Origin: Polyangiales bacterium
GTDB taxonomy: Bacteria; Myxococcota_A; Polyangia; Polyangiales; Polyangiaceae
Length of the DNA stretch: 64,000 bases
Direction: 5' to 3'
NCBI GenBank assembly: GCA_038231275.1
Contig: JBBRLQ010000037.1
Coordinates: 1-64,000, forward strand
In this document: positions 16,821 through 27,616 of the stretch, one piece after another
Layout: every line of letters begins with the position of its first letter
How positions within the stretch are numbered: position 1 is the first letter of the stretch
Translations under genes and position numbers: made by a program
The notes under the pieces: generated by a model
What the model was told of the DNA's origin: nothing
Seen by the model: only the letters and a program-made list of their open reading frames with translations
The model's database searches: none

Positions 16821-17819
16821 CCGGCCGCCGCGTCGTCGCCATGGGAGATCCGCAGGCGCCGTTCGCGCGCGTGATGGACGTGCTCCGCGCGCACGGGATC
16901 GTCACCGGAGAGAAGCTCGCGGACGACGTTCACCTCGTCGTCATGGGCGACTACTTCGACTACGGCGCTCGCGAGGCCCGCGCGGAGTCCGCGGAAGGGA
17001 GCGCGCGCCTCCTCGCGTGGCTGGTGACGCACGCCGAGGAGCAAGTGACGCTGCTCGCCGGCAACCACGATCTGGCGCGCGTCGGAGAGCTCGCGAAGCT
17101 GGACGACGCGACGTTCCAGCGCGCACAACAAGAAGCGGACAAGGCCTACTACGACAAGGCGCCGGCGCGCCCGGAGCAGGCGTTCAAGGACGAGTTCGAC
17201 CTTCCGTCGTGGGAGGTCGTCGCGCGGGATTTCGGAGCGTTCAAGGAGCGCCAGCGCGCGCTCGTCGGTGATCTGCTCTCGGCGCGTCGCATGCGCGCGG
17301 CCTTCGCGCCGTCCGCGCGCGTCCTCATGCTGCACGCAGGTGTCACGAAAGCGCAGCTCGAGACCGCCGGCGCCGGCGCGGCGAAGGACGCGCGCGTCAT
17401 GGCGAACGCGCTCAACCGCGCGCTCTTCGCCGGCTACGACGCCTACCGCGGCGGCACGTCTCCGAGGCTCACGGTTCCCGGCCTCCATGCGCCGGGCAGC
17501 GCAGCGGGGGAGGGCACCGGCCTCTTCTACCAGCGCCCCGCGAAGGATCCCTCCGCCGCCCCGGGACGTCGCTTCCACCCGCGCGAGCTCCCCATCGGCC
17601 TCACGCAGGTCGTCGGCCACGTGGGCGACGAGAAATGCCGCGAGCTTCTCGGCCTCGACGTCGCGGCGGCGAAGCACGGCCCTCTCCGTCACCTCGTCGC
17701 GCGCGGCGAATCCGTGCACTATGCACACGGCACTCCCGACGGGGAGCCCGACGACGCGGCGGTCATGATCTTCACCGACGGCGGCATGCTCCACGCGGAC
17801 CCCGCCGCATACGAGCTGT

Positions 17820-17839
<20 letters not shown>
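16817..17839 (+). CDS. Calcineurin-like metallophosphoesterase
   Basis: GDPQ, GDYFD, GNHD, HAG, VGH motifs. Confidence 0.85.
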
Positions 17840-19310
<1,471 letters not shown>

Positions 19311-19336
19311 GCGGCGGAGCGTAGCAAGGTTCCTCC

Positions 19337-19690
19337 TCAGCTGCCGAGCGCGCGATAGAGGAGGAGGCCGAGGACGAAGGACGCGGCGTTCGCGACGGCG
19401 GACACCGCGGCGGCGCGCGGCCACGAGAGGCGTGGGAGCGTCGCAGCGTAGATGGCGGCCTCGGCGCCGAACGCCCACGCCTCGCTCGCGGCGTAGCGCA
19501 TCGGCTCGCCGAGCCCGAGCTCCGGCACCACGAACCACACGATCGGGTGGGTCGCGAGCGTCGCCACGAACGCGATCGCCGCGCGCCGCCACGCCGCGGC
19601 CGGCACCGCGCGCGTCATCGCCACCACCACCGGAACCTCCACGACCTGAGTCAGCCCGAACGCGAGCGCCCACTCCGTGAGGTAGGTCAC
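19337..19690 (-). CDS. Small membrane protein
   Basis: Four hydrophobic segments, THPIVWF motif. Confidence 0.65.
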   Translation of the reverse strand: MTYLTEWALAFGLTQVVEVPVVVAMTRAVPAAAWRRAAIAFVATLATHPIVWFVVPELGLGEPMRYAASEAWAFGAEAAIYAATLPRLSWPRAAAVSAVANAASFVLGLLLYRALGS

Positions 19691-19695
19691 CGCGC

Positions 19696-20529
19696 CTACA
19701 CCCCGCGGTCCTTCATGTAGTCGAGGTAGCCCTGCGCTTGGATCGTGAGCGCGCTCTTGCCGTAGCGCGTGAGGATGGCGGAGAACGACTCGCGCGCGTC
19801 GCCCCACTTGTGCATCTTCAGGTACGTCTCGCCGAGCAGGAGCAGCGCCTCGGGCTCGAGACCGCTGTCGGGGACGCCCTCGCCCTTCTGCGCGGAGACG
19901 CCCGCCGAAAAATTCCGGAGCGCGTACTGGATGCGTGAGACGGCGGCCTCGTAGTTGTCGCGCTGGAGGTAGAAGCGCGCGACGTAGAGCTCGTGGCGGA
20001 CGAGGCGCGCGGTGACGTCGGCGAGCAGCTCGCGCACATGCGCCGTCTCGGGGCCGGTCGGGTAGTCGTGGACGAAGCCGCGGAGCTCCTTGTAGGCGTC
20101 CATGATGACGGCCTGGTCGCGCTCCTCGCCGGCCGGCAAGAGGAACGACTCGCCGATCTCCTTGTACTGCGACTCGGCGATGCGCGAGCGCGCGTAGGCG
20201 ACCTCCTCCTCGTCGGAGCGGTGGTCGTGCACGAACTGGCGATAGCCGCGGATCGCGTCGGCGAATTTGTCCTGCGCGAAGTCGGCGTCGGCGATGCGGA
20301 GCTCGGCGAGGCGCGCGTACTTCGAGTAGCTGTACTTGCGCTTCACCTCGCGCATGAGGTTCTGCGCCTCGAGCCAGTTGTGCGCGGTGAACTCGACGAG
20401 CGCGGCCTCGTAGGCGCGCTTGGCGTCGGCGGTGTAGCCGAGGGCAGTCTTGCTGGCCTGGTTCGGGCAGCCCACGACGGCTGGCGTCGCGGCGAGGACC
20501 ATGATCGCGAAGAGTCGGGCGCGAAGCAT
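19696..20529 (-). CDS. bamD: Outer membrane protein assembly factor BamD
   Basis: Lipoprotein signal, TPRs, ERDQ, HELYVARFY. Confidence 0.9.
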   Translation of the reverse strand: MLRARLFAIMVLAATPAVVGCPNQASKTALGYTADAKRAYEAALVEFTAHNWLEAQNLMREVKRKYSYSKYARLAELRIADADFAQDKFADAIRGYRQFVHDHRSDEEEVAYARSRIAESQYKEIGESFLLPAGEERDQAVIMDAYKELRGFVHDYPTGPETAHVRELLADVTARLVRHELYVARFYLQRDNYEAAVSRIQYALRNFSAGVSAQKGEGVPDSGLEPEALLLLGETYLKMHKWGDARESFSAILTRYGKSALTIQAQGYLDYMKDRGV

Positions 20530-20614
20530 CGCGGAAGCTCGTATCACTTTTTCCGCTGCGCGTCGCGCCAGGCGCTGGGCGGCACGTGCGCGGCCTTCCC
20601 GCCTTCGCGCGGAG

Positions 20615-20911
20615 TCAGCGGGCCCCCTCCGCGCGCCAGCGCTGGATGCGACGGGCCGGCGGCTGCCCGTCGTCCGCGGCGTGCTTGTGGACGGCGCGCA
20701 AGATGAGGCGGACTTTTTCGGCGAGCTCGCCAGGGGCGGCCGACGCGAGCTCGACCTGCACGTCGCCCTCCTCCGTGATCGTCGCGCCGACCGGGAACTC
20801 GGCGGTCGCCGTCGTGGCGGTCCCGCGGTAGCGCCACGGCGGACCGCCGGCGTGGGGCCTCTCCATGTCGATGCGAATCCCCGTCTCTGGCTTGTGCCCG
20901 ATGATGCCCAT
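20615..20911 (-). CDS. Hypothetical protein
   Basis: 98-aa ORF with good codon bias between bamD and greA. Confidence 0.6.
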   Translation of the reverse strand: MGIIGHKPETGIRIDMERPHAGGPPWRYRGTATTATAEFPVGATITEEGDVQVELASAAPGELAEKVRLILRAVHKHAADDGQPPARRIQRWRAEGAR

Positions 20912-20942
20912 CCTGGTGCGCCTATGGTAGAACGCGGGGGCC

Positions 20943-21416
20943 ATGGAGAAGAACCCGATCACGCCCGAGGGGGCGCAAAAACTCCGTGATGAGCTCCAGC
21001 ACCTCCGGGCGGTGGAGCGTCCGGCGGTCATCCAGGCCATCGCGACGGCGCGCGAGCACGGGGACCTGAAGGAGAACGCCGAGTACCACGCCGCGCGCGA
21101 CAAGCAGTCGTTCATCGAGGGTCGCGTCAAGGACATCGAGAACAAGCTCGCCCTGGCCGAGGTGATCGACGTCAGCAAGCTCGACGGGAGCCGCGTGTCG
21201 TTCGGCGCGCGCGTGAAGCTGTCGAACACGCACACCGAAGAAGAGGTCACCTACCGCATCGTGGGCGCCGACGAGTCGGACCTCAACGCCGGCCTCATCA
21301 GCGTCACGAGCCCGCTCGCGCGCTCGCTCCTCGGAAAAGAGCCGGGCGACGAGGTGAAGGTGCGCATGCCCGGCGGCGAGCGCGTGTACGAGGTCCTCGA
21401 GGTCTCGTTCCGGTAG
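20943..21416 (+). CDS. greA: Transcription elongation factor GreA
   Basis: [27 protein letters not shown]. Confidence 0.98.
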   Translation: MEKNPITPEGAQKLRDELQHLRAVERPAVIQAIATAREHGDLKENAEYHAARDKQSFIEGRVKDIENKLALAEVIDVSKLDGSRVSFGARVKLSNTHTEEEVTYRIVGADESDLNAGLISVTSPLARSLLGKEPGDEVKVRMPGGERVYEVLEVSFR

Positions 21417-21432
21417 ACGCCCGAGCGCTGTG

Positions 21433-23805
21433 ATGGATCCGTTCGCCGCGCTCCTCGCCGACGCGCGCGCGTGGTTGTCCGGCCCCGACGACGTGACGCT
21501 GGGCGAGCTTTCGGCGCGAGCGGCGGTAGCGGCGGCCGACGTTCCTGCCGAGCGGCGCAGCGATTGGGACAAGCTCGTCCTCGGCTTCGCGAAGGAGGAG
21601 CCGCCGGCGCGTCGTCGCGCGCGCGTCGAAGGTCTCGTGCGCGCGTGCGGGCTCTTCAAAGAGACGCGGGCCAGGCCGCTCGGCGGGCCAGGTGGGCTTG
21701 GCCCCGACGCGCTCCCGAGCGCGCTCACGGGAATCGGCGGCAAGGGCGTCGAGGCGCTCGGCGCCGCGGGAATCTCGAGCGTCGGCGATCTGGTGTGGAT
21801 GCTGCCGCTCTCGTGGGACGATCTGCGAGCCCCGCTGTCGGTGACAGAGGCGCTGGCGCGGGTCGCCGAAGGGGGAGACGGGCCTCCTCCGCGGCTGTGC
21901 GTGCGCGGTGTGATCAAGGCGAGCGGGTTCGTGCCGATCCGCGGCAAAAGAAGCGTCCGCGTCGTCGTCGCCGATCCCGAGGACGCGAGCGCGACCATCC
22001 ACGCGTGGTGGTTCTTCGCCGCGCACGGCGTCCTCGCGATGGCGACCGTGGGGACGGCGTGCTTGCTCGTCGCGCGCGTTCGCAAGGACGCCGGTAAGCC
22101 TGCGCGCGCGGCGCATCCGGATCTCTTCCGCGACGAGCCGTCGACACGAGGAGTACGTCCGCGCTACGCGCGCGTCGGCGTCCCCGAGGTGACGCTGCGA
22201 AAGACAATCCGCGAAGGCCTCGCGCGCCTTACCGAGGTCCCCGATCCGGTCCCCGCGGAGATCGTCGCGCGCGAAGGGATGCCGCCGGTCGCCGTCGCGC
22301 TGGCGGCCGCGCACGCCACGCATGCAGCCGGCGGACCTCCCGACACAGCCTCGATCCGCGCGGCCTTCGAGCGCCTCGCGTGGGCCGAGGCGTTCACGCG
22401 TGTCTGGGCGCGCGTGCGTCTGGCCGAGGGTCGCGGCGCGGCGCCCATCCTTCGCGAGCGCCCGGATTTGCTGGCGCGCCTTCGCGCGGAGCTCGGCTTC
22501 GCCCTGACGCGTGGACAAGTCGACGCGATCGCGGTGGTGACGCGTGAGCTCGCGCGCGAAGAGCCGATGCGGCGCCTCCTCCTCGGCGACGTCGGGACGG
22601 GAAAGACGGCGGTCGCGCTCGCCGCCGCGGCGCAGTGCGTGGGCGCCGGCGCGCAGGTCGCCATCCTCGCGCCCACGAGCGTCCTCGCCGAGCAATACAT
22701 GGACGCCGTGGCGCCGCTCGCGCGCGCGACGAAGGCGTCGATCGCACTGATCGCGGCAGGGCAGGGGGCGGCCGCGGTGAAGCGCGCGACGGAGGGTCTC
22801 GCGCGCGGCACGATCGACGTGGCGATCGGCACGCACGCGCTCCTCGACGAAGGTGTCCAGTTCGCGCGCCTCGGGCTCGTGATCGTCGACGAGCAGCACC
22901 GCCTCGGTGTGGCCCAACGGCTGGCGCTCGTGCGAAAGGGCTCGCGGCCGCACCTGCTCACGCTCAGCGCGACGCCCATCCCGCGCACGCTGGCCCTCGC
23001 GCTGCGCGGCGAGCTCGACACGTCGGTGCTCGATGAGCGTCCGCGCGGGAGGCCTCCCGTCGCGACGGAGACGCGATGGCGCGGGCGCATGGACGAGGTC
23101 CTTCGCGACATTCGCGAGGCGTGCGCGCGGGGCGAGCGCGTCTTCTTCGTCTCGCCGCGCATCGAGGTGACGGCCGACGACGACGATCTCGACGAGTCGT
23201 CCGGTGCCGTCGCCCGCGCCGCCGAGCTCGCCCGCGCGCTCTCGCCCGTGAAGGTCGCCCTGGTGCACGGCGCCCTCTCGCCGGACGACAAGCGCGCGGC
23301 GATGAGGGCGTTCCGCTCGGGCGAGGCGCAGGTCCTCGTCGGGACCACGGTGGTCGAGGTCGGCGTCGACGTCCCCGAGGCGACGCTCATGCTCATCGAT
23401 GGTGCCGAGCGCTTCGGCCTCGCGCAGCTCCACCAGATGCGGGGGCGCGTCGGTCGCGGCGACGTCCCCGGCCGCTGCGTCCTCCTCCACGAGGAGCCCG
23501 TCGCCGAGCTTGCCCGCCGTCGCCTACATGTACTCTGCACGCTCTCGGACGGCGCCGCGATCGCGCGGGCCGATCTCGAGCTTCGCGGGGCAGGGGACCT
23601 GTCGGGCACGCGCCAGCACGGCGCCGCGGAAGAGCTCGCCTTCCTGGACCCTGCCGAAGCCCCCGCGTGGCTCGCCCGCCTCGACGGCGACGCCCGCGCG
23701 ATCCTCGCGGCGGACCCCTCCCTCGCGCGCCCGGAGCACCGTTTTTTGGGGGCGGTCGTCCGCCGTTTTGGTCACGCAATCGCCGTCCGCGAAGAGGCAG
23801 GGTAA
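21433..23805 (+). CDS. recG: ATP-dependent DNA helicase RecG
   Basis: GDVGTGKT, DEQHR, SATPIPRTL, QLHQMRGRVGR, DLELRGAG. Confidence 0.96.
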   Translation: MDPFAALLADARAWLSGPDDVTLGELSARAAVAAADVPAERRSDWDKLVLGFAKEEPPARRRARVEGLVRACGLFKETRARPLGGPGGLGPDALPSALTGIGGKGVEALGAAGISSVGDLVWMLPLSWDDLRAPLSVTEALARVAEGGDGPPPRLCVRGVIKASGFVPIRGKRSVRVVVADPEDASATIHAWWFFAAHGVLAMATVGTACLLVARVRKDAGKPARAAHPDLFRDEPSTRGVRPRYARVGVPEVTLRKTIREGLARLTEVPDPVPAEIVAREGMPPVAVALAAAHATHAAGGPPDTASIRAAFERLAWAEAFTRVWARVRLAEGRGAAPILRERPDLLARLRAELGFALTRGQVDAIAVVTRELAREEPMRRLLLGDVGTGKTAVALAAAAQCVGAGAQVAILAPTSVLAEQYMDAVAPLARATKASIALIAAGQGAAAVKRATEGLARGTIDVAIGTHALLDEGVQFARLGLVIVDEQHRLGVAQRLALVRKGSRPHLLTLSATPIPRTLALALRGELDTSVLDERPRGRPPVATETRWRGRMDEVLRDIREACARGERVFFVSPRIEVTADDDDLDESSGAVARAAELARALSPVKVALVHGALSPDDKRAAMRAFRSGEAQVLVGTTVVEVGVDVPEATLMLIDGAERFGLAQLHQMRGRVGRGDVPGRCVLLHEEPVAELARRRLHVLCTLSDGAAIARADLELRGAGDLSGTRQHGAAEELAFLDPAEAPAWLARLDGDARAILAADPSLARPEHRFLGAVVRRFGHAIAVREEAG

Positions 23806-23820
23806 GATCAGGCTCGCACG

Positions 23821-24801
23821 ATGGAGCGCCCCCTTCGAACCGAACGCGTCCGCGCGCTCCTCCTCTCCGCCGTTGTCGCCATGACCGGCGTGACGTCGAC
23901 CACCGCCGCCCGCGCCGGCTCGGACGACGCCGCCCCCGGGCCCGAGGATCGCCAGGCCGCCGCCCGCGAGTTCGCCGAGGCCCAGCGCGCGTTCGGCGCC
24001 GGCGACTACAAGCTCGCGGCCGAGCAGTTCGAGGCCGCCTACAAGCACAAGCCTCACCACGCCTCCCTCTGGAATGCCGCCCGCGCCCGCCAGCGAATGG
24101 GCGACACGACGCGCGCCGCCAACCTCTACGCGCGCTACCTACGAGAGGCGCCCCCCGCCGCGCGCGATCGAAACACCGCGATCACGGCGCTCCAGAAGCT
24201 CACCCCCAAGCTCGGGCAGCTCGAAATCACGAGCGTCGGCCTCGACCACGTGAAGGTCGACCGCGAGCCCATCATGGACCGCACCGTCTTCGTGAACCCC
24301 GGCGCCCACGTCGTCGAGGCGAAGGTCGCCGGTCAGGACCGCGTCGTGAACCAGCCGGCCAATGTCGACGCTGGACAGACGCAGAGCGTCGCGCTCGTCG
24401 CCCCGAGCGAGCCGAAGATCGCGCCGACTCCGACGCCCACCACGCCGTCCCCCACGCCGACAAAGCCGCGTGAGCGCGAAGAAGACAGGAGCGGCGGCGG
24501 TTGGTCACCGGCGGTCGTCGCCGTTGGCGGCGGGCTCACGGCGGTGGCGGGCGGTCTCGCCATCATTTCCGGACTCGACGTCGTCAACCAGAAGTCGTCC
24601 TTCGACAAGGACCCGTCGCAGTCGAACCTCGACACCGGCAAGAGCAAGCAACTACGCACGAATATTCTGCTGGGGGTGACCGCCGGCCTGGGAGTTCTCA
24701 CGGGCGTCGCGGCCATCTGGCTGGTAGATTGGCACTCAGGAGACCGGAGCGTCCAAATGGGGACCGGCTTCGGCGACGTGAGGGTTCGAGGGACGTTTTG
24801 A
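23821..24801 (+). CDS. Exported TPR/PEGA-like protein
   Basis: Signal peptide, TPR helices, NPGAHVVEA, C-terminal TM segments. Confidence 0.8.
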   Translation: MERPLRTERVRALLLSAVVAMTGVTSTTAARAGSDDAAPGPEDRQAAAREFAEAQRAFGAGDYKLAAEQFEAAYKHKPHHASLWNAARARQRMGDTTRAANLYARYLREAPPAARDRNTAITALQKLTPKLGQLEITSVGLDHVKVDREPIMDRTVFVNPGAHVVEAKVAGQDRVVNQPANVDAGQTQSVALVAPSEPKIAPTPTPTTPSPTPTKPREREEDRSGGGWSPAVVAVGGGLTAVAGGLAIISGLDVVNQKSSFDKDPSQSNLDTGKSKQLRTNILLGVTAGLGVLTGVAAIWLVDWHSGDRSVQMGTGFGDVRVRGTF

Positions 24802-26474
24802 ACGCGGCTGCGCGACAGAGACCACGCCTAGGCAACTACGAGCCGCTCCTCGAGCTGGCCTCGGGCGGGATGGCTACGGTCTACGTCGCGCGTCAGGTCG
24901 GCGCGGCGGGGTTCGAGCGCCTCGTCGTCATCAAGCGCGTCCACCGCCACCACCTTGGGAACCGCGAATTTTACCGGATGTTCCTCGACGAGGCGCGCGT
25001 CGCCTCGCTCGTTCGTCACCCCAACGTCGTGTCGGTCATCGACACCGTCGAGGAGGGCGGCGAGCTCTTCCTCGTGATGGAATACGTCGAGTCGTGCGCG
25101 CTCTCCTCGCTCCTCAAGACGGTGGCGCACGAGCACGATCGCGTCCCGCCCAGCATCGCGTGTCGCATCATGGCCGACACGCTCGCCGGCCTCCACGCGG
25201 CGCACGAAGCGAGTGACATGCGCGGCGAGAAGCTCGAGCTCGTGCATCGCGACGTCAGCCCGCAGAACATCATCGTCGGCGTCGACGGCGGGAGCCGCCT
25301 GATCGATTTCGGCGTCGCGAAGGCGGCCCATCGCCTCACCGAGACGCGCAGCGGCAGCCTCAAGGGGAAGCTCGCGTACATGTCGCCGGAGCAGGCGATG
25401 GGGAAGGCCGTCGACAGGCGCGTCGATCTCTTCGCCGCCGGCGTCGCGCTCCACGAGTCGCTCACCGGGCGGCGTCTGTTCCAGGGCGAGAACGATCTCG
25501 ACACCATGCGGCGCATCACCGAGATGCCGGTCCGCGATCCATCGTCGATCGCGCCCGGCGTCCCGCGCAGCCTCGACCCCGTCGTGCAGCGCGCGCTCGT
25601 GCGCGATCCGAACGGCCGATTCCAGACCGCCGCAGAGTTCCTGGAGGCGCTCGAAGGAGCGATCCCGATGGCGCCGGCCCGCGAGGTCGCCGCGTACATG
25701 CTCAGCAAGTGCGGCGAGCGCATCGAAGAGCGCCGCATTCGCCTGAAGGAGATCGCCGAAGGGCGCGTCCAGCCTCTCAGCCTGAGCCTCGTGGCGGTCG
25801 CCGACGCGTCGAACGAGAGCACCGTCGCGCCGGGTCGCCTCGCGGTGGAAGAGACGGTCACGCGCAGCGAGTCGTCGTACAGCCAGATCAGCCACATCGC
25901 GGCGTCGACGCGCGACGCGAGCATGCCGCCGGCGAAGCGCCGCCCCGAGGTGCTCTGGTACGTGCTGGGCGGCGCGGCAACGCTGCTGGCGTGCCTCGCG
26001 CTGCTCGTCGGCGGCCAGTGGTACGTGCGGCAGCGCGCGCGCCTTCGGGCGGAGGCGGCCGCCGCGGCAGCTGCGACGGCGAGCGGCGCTGGCCTGAGCA
26101 CCAACGAAGTGCTCCTCACGATCCGCGCCGACGCGCCGATCACCGGCCTCCGCGCGGCAGGCACGAAGCGCACGGAGATCGCCAACGATCAGGGCGGCGA
26201 GCGGAACAAGGGCGTCCTCACCGTGGCCCCGTGGACGGGCACGTTGGCGGTCGACGTCATCTTCGACGGCGGCGCGACGCTTCGACTCAACATCGAGGCG
26301 AACGGCTCTCATGAGATGCGCGTGACCGCGGCGTCCGCGGCGGCGACCGCGCAGACCGCCGACAAGCCTGAAAAGGCCGATCGGCCCGGCAAGGGCACGG
26401 GACCTGGCAGGAAGCCGCAGCCGCCGGATCCGTCGGGAGTGAAACGACCCGAGCTTCAAGACAACCCGTACTGA
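24798..26474 (+). CDS. Membrane Ser/Thr protein kinase
   Basis: SGGMATV, VVIKR, HRDVSPQN, DFG, SPE; TM segment. Confidence 0.95.
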   Translation: MNAAARQRPRLGNYEPLLELASGGMATVYVARQVGAAGFERLVVIKRVHRHHLGNREFYRMFLDEARVASLVRHPNVVSVIDTVEEGGELFLVMEYVESCALSSLLKTVAHEHDRVPPSIACRIMADTLAGLHAAHEASDMRGEKLELVHRDVSPQNIIVGVDGGSRLIDFGVAKAAHRLTETRSGSLKGKLAYMSPEQAMGKAVDRRVDLFAAGVALHESLTGRRLFQGENDLDTMRRITEMPVRDPSSIAPGVPRSLDPVVQRALVRDPNGRFQTAAEFLEALEGAIPMAPAREVAAYMLSKCGERIEERRIRLKEIAEGRVQPLSLSLVAVADASNESTVAPGRLAVEETVTRSESSYSQISHIAASTRDASMPPAKRRPEVLWYVLGGAATLLACLALLVGGQWYVRQRARLRAEAAAAAAATASGAGLSTNEVLLTIRADAPITGLRAAGTKRTEIANDQGGERNKGVLTVAPWTGTLAVDVIFDGGATLRLNIEANGSHEMRVTAASAAATAQTADKPEKADRPGKGTGPGRKPQPPDPSGVKRPELQDNPY

Positions 26475-26491
26475 TCTGGTATCGTTTCCAC

Positions 26492-27616
26492 ATGAGGAGC
26501 ACTCGCGCGGCCGGGCTCGCGCTGACCGTGGGCCTCTTGGGGTTCGCGGCCTGCACGACGTTCAGCGGCCTTACCGTGCCCGTCGACGGCGGCACCACGA
26601 CCGGGGACAGCAGCCTGCCCCCCGTCGACGCGAAGCCTCCGCCCAACGACGCGCCTCCGCCCAACGAGGCGGGTGACGCGGGCCCGGTGCTGCCGACGTT
26701 CCTCTCCCTCGACGACGCGGCGCGTGTCTGCGCGCGCCTCGACAAGTGCCCGGTGCTCGGCAAATCGATCACGTACTCGGTCGCCGTCGCCCTCGATCCG
26801 GTCAACTACTCGCTGTGCATGGACACGCTGGCGGGTCCCATCCCCAGCACCCACGTCGGCACGGCGCTCCAGTCGGCGACGCTCGGGTGCGTCGCGAAGG
26901 GCACGACCTGCATCACCGCCGCCGCGTGTCTGTCGCAAGAGTTTCTCGACACCACCGACACGCGCTGCAACAAGATCCCGAAAGACGCGGGCGCCGACGC
27001 CAACCCCGGCGCGTACCAGTACTGCGACACCGATGCGCAGGCGCTCGTTCGCTGCGACCCGCAGTACACGTTCGACATCCTGCACTGCGCGACCGGCTTC
27101 TTCGGCCCCGCGGCCACCTGCCAGCTGACGCCCGACGGCACGCGTACCTGCGTGTCCGGCGTCGATTGCCCGACGACCGCGTGCGCCGGCAACAACCTGA
27201 ACTACTGCTCCGCGAGCGGCGTCCACGTCGTCACCAACTGCGCGAGCCTGGGGCAGGTCTGCGGCAAGGACGTCACCATCGACGGCGGCGACTTCGAGTG
27301 CTTGACCAGCGATCGGCTGAAGACCTGCACCGCCGCCGGCTCCGACTGCGACAACCGCATCGTGTCGATCTGCGACGGGTTCGATCGCGCCGAGTTCGAC
27401 TGCCAGAGCCTCGGCGGCACGTGCACCAAATCGGCCGGCACCGCGCGCTGCCAGCGTCCGAGCGACGAGTGCGTGCCGGAGGATCCGAAGATCAACGTGT
27501 GCACGGGCACCAAGATCTCCCTCTGCGTCGGCGGGAAATCCACGACGTACGACTGCGCCTCGGTCGGCCTCGGCTGCATCGCCGGAACGTCTTCGTTGAG
27601 CGGGCGGTGCGGCTAA
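26492..27616 (+). CDS. Cys-rich lipoprotein
   Basis: FAAC lipobox, many short Cys repeats. Confidence 0.8.
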   Translation: MRSTRAAGLALTVGLLGFAACTTFSGLTVPVDGGTTTGDSSLPPVDAKPPPNDAPPPNEAGDAGPVLPTFLSLDDAARVCARLDKCPVLGKSITYSVAVALDPVNYSLCMDTLAGPIPSTHVGTALQSATLGCVAKGTTCITAAACLSQEFLDTTDTRCNKIPKDAGADANPGAYQYCDTDAQALVRCDPQYTFDILHCATGFFGPAATCQLTPDGTRTCVSGVDCPTTACAGNNLNYCSASGVHVVTNCASLGQVCGKDVTIDGGDFECLTSDRLKTCTAAGSDCDNRIVSICDGFDRAEFDCQSLGGTCTKSAGTARCQRPSDECVPEDPKINVCTGTKISLCVGGKSTTYDCASVGLGCIAGTSSLSGRCG